A DNA stretch of 62,345 nucleotides, filler included, from Pirum gemmata (lineage: Eukaryota), in the NCBI GenBank assembly GCA_002812295.1. It is 16 parts of 16 records of this genome, joined end to end, with 100 filler letters (N's around TTAATTAATTAA, not from the genome) between each part and the next. Parts side by side here need not be neighbours in the genome. Positions count along the whole stretch, not along the records: positions 1 to 3,745 come from PDIN01002009.1; positions 3,846 to 7,558 come from PDIN01002010.1; positions 7,659 to 11,383 come from PDIN01002011.1; positions 11,484 to 15,241 come from PDIN01002012.1; 12 more parts are not named here. One strand, written 5' to 3'. The notes under the pieces were generated by a model. It saw nothing but the letters and a program-made list of their open reading frames with translations. It made no database searches and was not told where the DNA came from. Position 1 is the first letter of the stretch. Every line of letters starts with the position of its first letter. The position numbers were made by a program, and so were the translations under genes. Positions 1 to 12,565 of the stretch are shown here, piece after piece.

Positions 1-519
1 GTAGTAGTAGTAGTAGTAGTAGTAGTAGTTGTTGGTTTGTTAACTAATGCTTGTTGACACAATCTAAAAAGCACTTATGTATCTCGCGCTTTATTTTTCG
101 TTGTTGTCCGAATAATTTCCAACTCATCTATTTTATTATTAATAGCTTCATGGTTGCCTTTGATTTTCTTCCATATTGCGTTATATTGGTACAACTTTAT
201 TAAATAAAGTTGTTAGTCTACACTAGTCTACAAGGAGTTCTTGAAAAAAAAAAAAACTCCTTGCATTCATGAGCCCTATCCGACTCTGCAAAGACCACCA
301 CACGATACCATACAGATTCATACTAAGCTAGCTAGTAGCTATGACAGCTAGTAGAGAGTAGTATAATAATTTTGAATTTTTTTCTAATAAAAATATTATA
401 TATATGTATATGTGCTTCAACGATGCTTGTCAAATATATATATAAAAAAAATGTCAACTTTTGATTATTCTTGTATTCCTTACTAACCCTAACCCTACCA
501 GCTGAACACGAAACCCTAA

Positions 520-722
520 CCTATATATATGTGGAACCAGATGTGGGTCTTTCGGTCCTATATATATTGGAACCAGATGTGGGTCTTTCGGCCCTTGATA
601 TATATATAGACGTTAAAATATGAGTATTTACATTCTTAAAAATAGACTGTATTTTTAAGAATGCAAATACTCATATTAATGTCTAACCAAATGTGGGTCT
701 TTCGGTCCTTAGCATATATATA
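520..722 (+). repeat. Three tandem copies of a ~33-bp unit, with a 79-bp palindrome inserted before the third core
   Basis: Core (GGA)ACCAGATGTGGGTCTTTCGG(T/C)CC at ~533, ~569 and ~686; the fold-back occupies 607-685. Confidence 0.8.
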
Positions 723-1157
723 TATATATATACTTTTTAGTGTATATTGGACGTAAAGGACCTTAATTATTGGTACTTTAATATATTATTCTGAAAAAGT
801 ATCTGTCAAATTAAAAGGGCTCGAATCGGTTTTTTTAATACTTTTTAAAACATATAAATCATCGAATTGATTATCGGGTCAGCATCGATTTCAATCAAAC
901 CACTTGGGAAGGCAGTGTTAGGCCCGAATTGAAATTCTAAAATCGAACTAGACATAGTTGTAAATGGCTCGAAATTGAAATTACTAGGGACTCGATACTT
1001 GTTATTAATCGAATCCTACAGCGGGTCGGTTGCTACTGTACCTAGCTAGAGAAATCGTTGTACCTGCTATTAGACTACTAGTGAAGAATCAACGTTGGCA
1101 CTTATATAATATTATTATATAGTTTCGAATCTGTTACCACATTTACCAGTATTAATA

Positions 1158-1780
1158 TTTTAAAAATTTGCAATTTGTCGTCCAGTCTAAACCTTGTAGA
1201 CTATTAGAAATGATCGTATTGTTCGAGTCTATTGTGACGTCACCATAATTATTGGCCTGGATAAGACTCCCAGAGATCGCTAAGCCATTGTTGACCACGT
1301 TTTGATAATATATATTAATTTTTGTAATAATTAATTGTGTTGAGGTAATGTATTGATTTTTATATGCTCGGACTTCAATTTCTTATATATTCTGAATACC
1401 ACTACTAGTATAACTTCCATATTGTCTATAGAGTATTGGTAGTTTGTATTGTAGTAATTATATTGTTTTTATCTCGTGTAAAAAATTCAATTTTAAACGG
1501 TACTGAGGTATCCCCTGTAGCTTGAGGAATCAATTTAAAATCAGTAATACTAAATAAACTATTAGAAGTTAATTGAAAACTACTCTATATATTTATTCAT
1601 TGTTTCATATATGTGGCAGTCTATATTAGTATACGATTCATCGAAATCATACCACACACGACCTCCTCCTTGTTCATTGGCAAATATATTATACATAATA
1701 CCATCGCTAGAATCAACAAGTGAATAATTATCGTAGGAAACCCCTAACTGCACATTATATTGAAGTAGGAACTCCAACAA
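1158..1780 (-). pseudogene. Degraded coding remnant of unknown family
   Basis: The 66-aa ORF 1580-1780 continues past stops/frameshifts as protein-like text (FSITDFKLIPQATGDTSVPFKIEFFTRDKNN; EIEVRAYKNQYITSTQ; NGLAISGSLIQANNYGDVTIDSNN). No family recognised. Confidence 0.4.
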
Positions 1781-2307
1781 AAGCAGAATGTGTTTTTCGA
1801 GCAGACACCCAGGATGATGAGTACAATATGAAAAAACCAGATGAAAGGATGTATATTTCTGGGTATGGGGATCATAAGAGCAGTATTTTTGGCTGCAATG
1901 TTACAGTTACGGTGAAAAAATTTGTTACAAACAAGGTTACAGTGGATGCGATTAAATGCAAGAATTTGCCTGACCGTGATAAATGGTTTGGCAAAAGTGA
2001 TCCTTTCGTGGAAGTGCAGTGTTTAAATGTAGGACCTTCAGATATTAATCGTAAGCTTCGTCATTTTCAGATTAAGAGAACAAAAACGAAATACGATAAA
2101 AGCTCAGTTTCTTTTCCTGACGTTTTGAAGTATAAATTACCCGCAGGGAAAGTCGTGTGCGTGATTCTTGTTTACGATGCTGATCTTCTTGGCACGGGTG
2201 ATCTCTTAGAGAGGGATAACATCGACTTAATAAAACCTGGCTCATACATGAAAAAAATTAGTGACCATTGTACAGCTCGAGTGACTTATGAACAGCTCGA
2301 TCATTAA
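1720..2307 (+). CDS. C2 domain-containing protein (5' end uncertain; probably a terminal exon or fragment; first in-frame ATG at 1828)
   Basis: C2 motifs KCKNLPDRD..GKSDPFVEV, KRTKTK and VYDADLLGTGD, with the Ca-binding Asp positions retained. The ORF-track start is GTG. Confidence 0.75.
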   Translation: MNNYRRKPLTAHYIEVGTPTKAECVFRADTQDDEYNMKKPDERMYISGYGDHKSSIFGCNVTVTVKKFVTNKVTVDAIKCKNLPDRDKWFGKSDPFVEVQCLNVGPSDINRKLRHFQIKRTKTKYDKSSVSFPDVLKYKLPAGKVVCVILVYDADLLGTGDLLERDNIDLIKPGSYMKKISDHCTARVTYEQLDH

Positions 2308-3159
2308 TTCATTATAAGTCAAAAAAGACTATTATTAATACTAATAAATTATATATATTTATTTAAATTTCAAACCTGACTAATACAAACATGCGAGAGC
2401 TATACATCGGTTATGTAGGATTTTGGAATAATAATAATAACGCTAATTATTACAATAGACTAAGGTATTTTTAATAAATATTATATAATGTAATAGAAAC
2501 ATTACAGTGTTTCTTTTATTGCTCCTTTTTTATCACCCCTTCAACCGTTTTACAGTTTCGCCCTAAAGGCAGGCAGAAGCTCCCCATTCTGCAGAGACTC
2601 CCCATTCTGCAGAGACCCCCCATTAATATTCTGTAACCCGAACGTTTAAATCTCTGCCTATCTAAAAACAGTGTGGATGGGAAGGAAAAAACACTGAAAA
2701 AACTATTAACTTTCTAACTATCAATTCTTCTATAATTATAATGCATACCTTTTCTGCTACTATGCATAATAAATAAAATAAAAAATAAAAATCATGCCAT
2801 AGTCACTCCAGCGTATTTTCAGCGCAATGTCCGCGCACAGCCTTTTTTTGAGCCCGCACAGCATTTTCGAGCCATTTTCTCTTGTAATAATAGTTATTAA
2901 AAAAAGTTTTTTTTTTCTCTTAATTTTATTAATTTATTAAAAAATGAAATTTTTTAATAATTTTGTTATGATAATGATAATAAAAAGTAATTTTGTACTT
3001 ATAAAAAATGTTATATATTAAATTATAAAATGAATCGAATATTAATTAAGGTTTAACTAATCTATATTTTGTTACCTTTTCGAGAACACACTTTGCAGCA
3101 TAAACAGCTTCAGGTGAATATATATCATATACAGAAACTTTAGATACTACTACTACTAC

Positions 3160-3219
<60 letters not shown>

Positions 3220-3225
3220 GACTAC

Positions 3226-3410
3226 TATCGTGTTTTTCAATATATAGCGTTGTCCAGTTCAAAAACAGAAATAAACGTACCAAATTATTATGGTTAATAA
3301 ACTATATAGGACATTTTTTAATTAATTTGGCATTTAATTAATACTCAATGTTGTATATATAAACAAGTTCAATTATACACTTGGACAGTACCAAATTAAA
3401 GATTGAGAGA
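3226..3410 (+). mobile_element. MITE-like family B (~185 bp)
   Basis: GTTGTCC-type ends and internal ACCAAATTA/TAATTTGGT motifs. Related copies at ~15455-15600 (-), ~28038-28192 (+), ~56915-57050 (-) and ~57515-57666 (-). Confidence 0.7.
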
Positions 3411-3589
3411 TATAAAATAGACGATACTACTACTATATATTAATATAGCTATTAATACTACTACTATAGCCACTACTACTACTACTACCACTACCACTGC
3501 TACTACTCCTACTACCACTGCTATTAATACTACCACTACTACTACTACTATAGCCCTATAGCCACTACTACCACTATAGCTACTACTAT

Positions 3590-3642
<53 letters not shown>

Positions 3643-3745
3643 TTACTACTACTACTACTACTAATACTTCTAACTACTACTACTGCTATCATTGTAATAA
3701 GAGATACTTTGTATTTTAATATGAAAACTACCACTACCACTACCA

Positions 3746-3845
3746 NNNNNNNNNNNNNNNNNNNNNNNNNNNNNNNNNNNNNNNNNNNNTTAATTAATTA
3801 ANNNNNNNNNNNNNNNNNNNNNNNNNNNNNNNNNNNNNNNNNNNN
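3746..3845. other. Artificial contig linker N44-TTAATTAATTAA-N44 (first of 15)
   Basis: Identical 100-bp spacer with stops in all six frames, starting at 3746, 7559, 11384, 15242, 19062, 22902, 26760, 30551, 35383, 39657, 43464, 47318, 51145, 54696 and 58528. Confidence 0.98.
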
Positions 3846-4587
3846 GGTTATAATATTTAAATTGACATTTTTAAATGAATAAAAAGATAATATAATATAC
3901 CAAATTAAATGAAATTGATTTATATAGTATTAATTTGGTACTCTTTATTGTATATTTTTTGATGACAAAACAACTGAAAAGCACGATACTGTACTTTTCC
4001 CACTGTTTTTCTGCTTAGACTCGATGAATTTTTCTAGGGGTCTTTGCCTCTAAAAAAAGGGTCTTTGCACTGTCTTTGCCTATATTTTGCCTATGCATAA
4101 ATAGCTAGAAACAGGCTATAAAACTCAACCCCCCCCCCCCTCTTGCTTGAAGAAGATTAAAAAATTGACCTAAAAAATAATAATAATAATAATAACTAGC
4201 TAGATAATAATAATAATAATAAAATAATAACTACAGTTTTTAAAACTGTGCTATTAAAGAGTCGGCTATTTTAAAAAAGATTGACTACATAGACATAATA
4301 ATATAAATAAGGACCACATTTATCCACATTTATTTATAAATAAATAAACAAAAATAGACTAAAAATAGCCAACCAAACAAACGTCGCAGAAAAATGAATT
4401 GTACAATAATGAGTCACTAATGAGTCAATAACATTATTAAAAATTTTATATAAGGATTGAGAAAACTATTGTGAACATTTTTTTTTTTAAAAAAAAGCAT
4501 TTTGATAATATATTTTTTAAAAAAAAATATGAGAGTAAATGGGACTGTAAATGAGTAGACTAAGTATTGTAAGTATCTAGCTAGTTA

Positions 4588-4741
4588 GGGAGCGTTCAAA
4601 TACTGCATAACACCAATTTCCGGTCGAATACAGCTTCAAATACCCCTACCAACCTACCCCTCAACGTTAATTTCCGGTCAAATAGCACCTACCTACTTAC
4701 CCCTTGACGTCAATGGCGTGAGGTATTATTTGAACGCTCTC
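4588..4741. mobile_element. PIF/Harbinger (Tourist-like) MITE, family C
   Basis: TIR GGGAGCGTTCAAATA...TATTTGAACGCTC(T/C)C flanked by TTA/TTA. The copy at 38620-38733 is flanked by TAA/TAA. Other copies at ~6438-6570, ~11315-11383, ~32888-33020, ~36565-36712 and ~48078-48212. Confidence 0.85.
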
Positions 4742-6019
4742 TTAGTAATATGTGGGAATTTTAAGCTTTCAGATTGCAATAAAAGTAATAAAAATGGTAA
4801 TCTAGAAAAAGGTATGTTACAGTGACGTCATTTTCTATTTTTTATTTTTTAAAAATTTAATTATTTACTATTATTACTATCACTACTACCATTACTACAC
4901 TATTACTACCATTGCCACTATTATTCTACACTGGCATCGATAATATTATTTTAAATATAACTTCATTAATTTCACAAAAGTACTAGTGCAAAAATGTTAA
5001 AAAAATATAAAATTTTAATGAATTAAAAATAACGAAATCAAAAATACAATTACTACTATAAGTGATAAAATTAAAATAATATTTAATTTGACATTTGACA
5101 CGAAAAGCTAAATTATAGAAAGAAAGAAACTTTCAAATTTTTGGGGATGAATACAGTATATGATACTATACCTAGCTGCTAGCTTCAACCTGTCCCCATG
5201 ATTTATAAATGGTCAAAAGTGTATTATTCTTTTTCGTATTAGTCTTTAGAAAGTGTCTTCTATTATAAATAATAACAATAATATTAATAATATCATTTTT
5301 ATTTTTATTTTTTAAAAATAAGAATAATAGACTAATATTTGCTAATATTTGAGTATTAGAAATAAGAATAATATCAAAACACCCATATCAAAACCAACTA
5401 CAAAAAAATTATGTAGAATTTAGTATGATATGATATAAATAACTGAGTATCATAACAAAAGCCTATGATATAAGAACTGATATAAGTTTTATGACATAGA
5501 AATCTACATAGAAATACAGAGTATACGCTACTCTGTAGCGCTACTGTAATACTGGGTCACACTACTAGCTAGCTAGACTATGATAGTCGATATAATCATG
5601 CTAATAAACAGTGGCTCTAGTTGGATAGTGAACCTGTAAGTGGTTGAAACCGTATATATCCCTGAATGGCTGTAAAAATAGTTCTTACTTTTCACCATAT
5701 ATAGAATAATCTAAAAATAAATATTCTTTATTTAGGGGTATTTACTATTTAGGTATTTCGGTTGCAATATTTTTCTAGCAATTTAATACCCCAGTATTTA
5801 GTTCAATATTAGCTTCAATATTTTTTTCCCTACTAAGCTCTAGCTAGCCAGTAGCTAGCCTCTATTTTTTGGAATTTTTTCCTTGACTATTTCCAGACTA
5901 TTTCCAGAGTATTTCCAGTCTTGAAATTCTATTTCCACAAATTCCACTATTTTCTAGTTTATTTTCAACTTTTCTCTATTTTTCTGCCTAGATTTAGTCT
6001 GCAAAAAAAAAAAAAATAA

Positions 6020-6056
<37 letters not shown>

Positions 6057-6854
6057 AATTTTTTTTTAGAATTTACTCTGAGAATTTTAAAAAAGTAATA
6101 CTAGCTAGAGTCTAGCTAGTCTAGTTAAGTTCTAGCCATCTAGTATCAGTTCTAGTATCATAGTAGTCTAGCTACCGGTAGTAGTACTCAGTAGTAGTAG
6201 TGTAGGTATTTTTGTATTGCTATTTTTGTATTTTTATATCTCCCACTGAGAATAATTTTTTTTAAAAGTGTGAGTAACAGTGAGTTCCCTGTTCCCACTG
6301 TTCCCTGAGTTCCCCAGGCAGTGTATTTTTAGAAATTTTTTTTAGTCTAGGTATTTTTTTTTTTTTTCACGTCTATAGACTCTAGACACTCTAGACCCTG
6401 GTCTATAGACAGTATATTTATCATAATATTTTACTAAGGGAGCTTTCAAATAATACGTCACGCCAAGGAGTAGGTAGGTAGGTGGTAATTGACCTGAAAT
6501 TAACGTCGAGGGGTAGGTAGGTAGGGGGTATTTGAAGCTGTATTTGACTGGAAATTGGGGTTATGATATTATCTAAATTTTAAAGTTAGTATAGCGCTTT
6601 TCATTTATTTTATCACTGCGAATATTTATTTGGTTTGTTGGTTATAATGCTTTAATTGACATTGTTAAATGAATAAATAGATAATAAAATATACCAAAAT
6701 ATTTATTTGGTTGTTTGTAATATTTAAATTGATACTTCTAAATAAATAAATATATAATAAAATATACCAAATTAAATGAAATGGATATATATTGTTTTAA
6801 CTTGGTACCATTTATTGTATATTTTATGATGACAAAACAACTGAAAAGCATTAG

Positions 6855-7170
6855 ACTGTTGTGTTGGTAGTCTATAATATATATCATTTATATCATATTG
6901 AATGTTCTTGCTAATAAATTCGGTAAATATAGAGCCTTGACTGTTAGTACTAGTAATAAAATTACCCTTATTATCAATAAAAACCGAAATGTTTTCTCCA
7001 TACGGTAATTTTCCTGATTTTTCTATTTCACTAAGTCTGTATACATTACGATCATTGTTTATCATAATGGGAATTATTTCATCTAGAACGTTATAACGAA
7101 ACAATTCTTTGTTATGAGTTTTATCAACAATCATTACAAAACCATTAATTTTAGTGTAATTTGAATGCAA
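6855..7170 (-). pseudogene. Coding fragment of unknown function, truncated by a family A MITE
   Basis: About 105 codons of non-repetitive protein-like sequence. The last ~26 aa of the tracked ORF (NAFQLFCHHKIY...) are read from the MITE at ~6590-6853. Confidence 0.35.
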
Positions 7171-8889
7171 TATTTATTAAGAGCTATTGCTGTTAACGTT
7201 AACGTTATTATTGTTCTTAATTAAGTTTGTTATTGTTATTTTTATTGTTATTATTGTTATTGTTATTGTTATTGTATATAATATCGAACATGGAAATTTA
7301 ATTTAAAAATTCTAATATTAGTATTTATTTGTAGGGTTATAATCTTTAAATTGACAATAATTTTAAATAAATAAATAGATAATAAAATATTATACTAAAT
7401 TAAACTAAAGGGATTTATATTGTATTAATTTAATACTTTTTATTGTATATTATTTTACGATGACAAAACAACTAAAAAGCACTGAACCCGTCTATGAACT
7501 ATATAATTATGTTATATATAGACTAGTCTAATAATAAAAATAAAAATAATAATAATAANNNNNNNNNNNNNNNNNNNNNNNNNNNNNNNNNNNNNNNNNN
7601 NNTTAATTAATTAANNNNNNNNNNNNNNNNNNNNNNNNNNNNNNNNNNNNNNNNNNNNACAGCTGTTCGGTAATAATAAAATGACGTCATCTCACCCCTA
7701 CTATATAATAACAGATATTAATACTAAGAAATAAATAATATTAAAATAATTATTAATTAAAACAGCTATAAAACTAGCTATATAAGTTATAGTCTAATGC
7801 TTTTCAGTTATTTTGTCATTATAAAGTATACAATAAATTTAAATACTACCAAATTAACATAATATAAATCCATTTAATTTAATTTGGTATATTTTATTAT
7901 TTATTTATTGATTTAAAAGTATCAATTTAAAAATTATAACCCTCCAAATAAATATTCAGATTGACAAAATAAATGAAATATTAATGTATTAATACGATAA
8001 TATTATGATAAATAAAAAAAATATTATGTATAATAATATGTATATATTATTATTATTAATGTGTCAGGAAAATCCACACAAATTCGAACCGAGAAAATCG
8101 TGCCTAAAACAACACATGTACAACTTCAAGTTTATGCACAATAATTATAGTATAATATAGTAATCAAAGTATAAACAAACACAGTAATAAATCGAGCACA
8201 AAACAAAATCGAGCTTAATTAACACAACTTCGAATTCGTCGAGAACTATCTAGTGTCATCAAAGTATATTATAACAAACACAGTAATAAATTTAACACAA
8301 CACAAAATCGAGCTTAACACAACGTCGTCGAGAACTATTAATACGGTAGATAGGCAGGATTCTAATTGGTAATTATTATTTTTAATACAACGTTAACGCT
8401 AACACTCGTGTATTAATATTTTTAAAATTTGTAATTATCATTAATATTAAATACTAAAAATTTAATGTTGACTGTCATTTACAGTTAAACAACGTTAACG
8501 TATACGTATACGTGCGTCGTGTGTACTAGTGGTTCATTCAATAAGATATATCGATTTATTAATATTTATAAACTTTAGTAAAAGGTAGTTATAAATTATA
8601 AAACAAATTTTTAAATTTTGATTTTTAATTATCAAGCAATAATTTTTACATATTAATTTTTTTTTTTTAAACAGCCAAGTCGGATGTTTGTTTGGTTTGG
8701 TTGTTTGGTTGGTTGGTTGGTTGTTTGGTTGTTTAAATGTGTTAGTTAGTTAGTTAGTTAATTGATTAACGTTGAGGTAGGATTGTAATATTCGTTGCTG
8801 GTTGTGTGGTTTTTTTTTTTTCGTGGTATTAAAGAATCATTTTTTTTAGAATAAATAAAAATAGTCCGATATAATAATTATAATTATTT

Positions 8890-10150
8890 ACCAGGTTTTT
8901 GAGAGTAATATCCCTACTGCTACCTGTATCTAACACACCTAATTGTTTGCCCTCACCTTCCACACCAACATTAATTAATAATATTGATTCTTCAAGGCTT
9001 GGTGTGGTGACCACACCATCAGTAAGAACAGATGATATAATAACAACAAGTTATCCTGTGCGACTTCACTGTCTAGTCAACTGCCTACACGACCACCATT
9101 ACCATTACCACCATTATTACCTTCATTATTTGCCAATCTTTCAGGACAATCTACCTTCAAATGATACTTTTACTTACAAGTAAAGCACCTGCAATTACCA
9201 GTCAGTGGTGTACCACTATGCGCCTGGTCTCTTTCGCCCGCCGCAGTATATAATTTTGTCATCTTTTATAGAAGCAGCACCCTCTTTAATTAAGCTGTTG
9301 GTTCAGATTCTTTTGGTCTTCTCCGCAACTAGCGCTTGACTTTGCTCATGGGCCTGCCTCTTCAAAGACGAAGTGACTTCCACATCTAACCAACGCTTGT
9401 CAAAAACCTCGAAGAGGCCGCCCATACCAGCATGTTTCCGAGCAAACTCAAAATGGTATTTCTTAGAATGTAGCACCCGACTCCCACGTCAGGGCTACCA
9501 TCTTCACCACTTTGACCACAGTTTCCAAAGCCCTACGGACTTCTCTCACCTACTTCTCTCCAAAATAGAGAACGAACCTTTTCAGATCCACCAAGCCCCA
9601 ACGGCTCACGATTAGCTTTTCAGCCTGCCTGCCCGTATCCGCCCTAGCATGGGTTAAATAGTTCGTAATGATATTAATACGTTCTTGAGCCTGGGTGAAT
9701 GGTTCTTTTTGTTTTTTCGACTGTACCAATTCACCCTCCGCCTCAGTACACTGCTCTTCAGATTCAATTTTCCAGGCACAAGCAAAGACCAAACTCTGGA
9801 TAATAGTTTGTAAATTTCTAAATCTCTATTAAATCTAGAAATGGCGTTGATATCATCTTTCCATTTTTCTTCATCGTCAACTAAAGTGTAGGTAGACCCA
9901 CATATATAGACCATAAAAATTCTTTTCCACCCTTAAGTTTAGGGCAAGCCCATCTTCATGCATCATCTGGGCCTGAATTTTCGTAAAGAGGGAATCATAC
10001 ATAATTTCCATCATCTGATTAGAGAAGAGACACCTTCCGCATCCATGTTCACCAAACCAGGAATAGTAATTCGATGTGAGTTCTATCGATTTTTCTAGTC
10101 CATAGGCTCACACTCGGTAGAGTTCAGTAGATAATTGCTATCGGTGAATT
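8890..10150 (-). mobile_element. Degenerate LTR retrotransposon gag-protease (Ty3/Gypsy-like organisation)
   Basis: Zinc knuckle CFTCK*KYHLKVDC (CX2CX4HX4C) at 9146-9187, then aspartic protease motif GVLDTGSS (DTG at 8922-8930). Upstream gag-like ORF pieces 9550-9914 carry frameshifts, and GC content is elevated. Confidence 0.8.
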
Positions 10151-10989
10151 TTATGGTATTTTCTTTTATTTTAAATTTGTAGTTAATTAAAATTGTTAAT
10201 ATGTAATTATATGGGAAAATAGACAAGTTATAATTATCGAGTAATATAATATATATTAATATTAATATTTAGTATAAAATATTAACAAGTATATATTTGA
10301 AAACAGTATTATTATGCTTACAATTATTTGGGTTTCACTCAGAAATTTACGGCACCATTTATACATTTCCGTACCTAATAATCAAAACAGTCCACACACA
10401 CGTTACACTCCTAAGACTGCCCCTCGCACTTTACGAGCCAGTGACATCACATGTATGCTCCACTCATCAAAGTACAGCCGAAACCAAACCGGATAAAACT
10501 GTAGCCTAGAAATCATTTTTTTTTTTAAAAAAAAGACTTCTTTTCTAAAAACCTTTTTAAAATATTATCTAGCCAAATTATTTTTAAAAAGTAGCCATTG
10601 GTTTATTATAGAGTTTTTTAATTATATTATTTCTCAAATATTTGGTAGTACTTTCATTAAAAGGGGCTTTTTTTGAGATTTTGGATTTTGAGCTCATATG
10701 GCGGATGTCTCTATGTTTATCAGTTATTTTGTCGTCATAAAATATGCAATAAATAGAGCCAAATTATTACAATATAAATCCATTTAATTTAATTAGGTAT
10801 GTTTTATTATATATTTATTTATTTAAAAGTATCAATTTAAATATTATAAACTACCAAATAAATATTCGGAGTGATAAAATAAATGAAAAGCACAATACTA
10901 TAGTTTCAAAAAAAAAAAAAAAGCTTTTTTTTTTTTTATCATATCTAATTATGAATTTATGAAAAAAATCTATCGATTGGATTATTTGG

Positions 10990-11170
10990 ATAGGTACAAA
11001 CAATGTAAAAACATCCAACTTTTTTTACAAATTAAAGAAAGATCTAACTTTTTTTTTGTATTTTTAAAATTTTCAAACCTATTAAATATCTATTACAATA
11101 CTTTTGTTCGAAAACTAAAAATTCTAGTGAAAACTAAAAGTTGGATGTTTTTACTTGTTTTCACCATACA
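10990..11170. mobile_element. MITE-like inverted-repeat element, family I
   Basis: Left TAAAAACATCCAACTTTT is the reverse complement of right AAAAGTTGGATGTTTTTA. Related sequence at ~46670-46830 and ~57670-57780. Confidence 0.55.
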
Positions 11171-12074
11171 GTTAAATCCTACTACTACCATATATATAAG
11201 TAATTCATCTATATATGGAAAATATGAAATGATTTCTTTTAAAAAATAAAATTTGATTTGATGTATTCGAATGATTTTTTCTGATTTGGTAAGGGATAGA
11301 CTACAAATACTACATAACGTCAACTTCTGGTCAAATACAGCTTCAAATACCCTTACCTACCTACCCCTCGACGTTAATTTCTGNNNNNNNNNNNNNNNNN
11401 NNNNNNNNNNNNNNNNNNNNNNNNNNNTTAATTAATTAANNNNNNNNNNNNNNNNNNNNNNNNNNNNNNNNNNNNNNNNNNNNCCTAACCCCACCCATGA
11501 TTTTTTTATATAAATATGAACAGCCTTTTTTTTTTTTTGTTTTTTTGTTTCTTGACTCCAGCCCAGCCAAGGACTTTTTTTTTGAAGTCCTTGCACCAGC
11601 CTATAGCTACTCTGGAAACTGCAAATTCTTATCAGTTCGAAATTATCAATATCAATAAATAAATAAAACCGAGCCTTTATAAAATTTATACTACAAAACA
11701 TTCCTTGTCCAGTTCGGAATATCGAGTATAACTATTTTTATATATGGATCTACAAAATGGGAAGTACAGAATACAGATCAACTCTGATCAAGAATAATAA
11801 TTATAAATTTAAAATTCATAACTTTTTTTTTTTTTTAGTACATAGACCCCCGGGGGTCTATAGACTATAAAAGCAAAAAAAAAAAAAGCACAAAAAAAAA
11901 AAAAAAAAAAAAAAATACAAAAAAAAAAAAAAAAAAAGTAGAAAATAAAAATATATAAAACGAAGAATACAAGTAATATTACTAATAAATACAAACAATA
12001 ACATCATAATAATAGTAATACTACATTATTATACTAAATATTTTGATTATAGCTATTTATTACAATCCAAAAGA

Positions 12075-12517
12075 ATGAGGTGCTTTTTAGGAGGAGCTTT
12101 GATTTTTGCTGCTACAGCTGCAGCATCCAATTTAAATAGAAGAGACCTTGCTCATAGTCGAGGCAATTTTTGTGAAGCCAGTCCTGCGGGACACGATGAT
12201 TGTGGGTATGTTTATTTTATTTTAATTTTTTAAAGTATAGTATCATTATTATTATTATTATTATTACTATTATCATTGCAATTATTATTACTATTACTAT
12301 TACTATTATTACTAAACTACTATTATTATTACTATTATTATTATTATTATTATTATTATTGTTACTATTGTCTATTGTTACTACTGTTATTATTATACTA
12401 TTACTATTACTATTACTATTACAATTACTATTTTATTATTTTTACTATTATTACTATTATTATTATTTTTACTATTATTACTATTATTATTATTTTTACT
12501 ACTACTACTACTACTAC

Positions 12518-12565
<48 letters not shown>

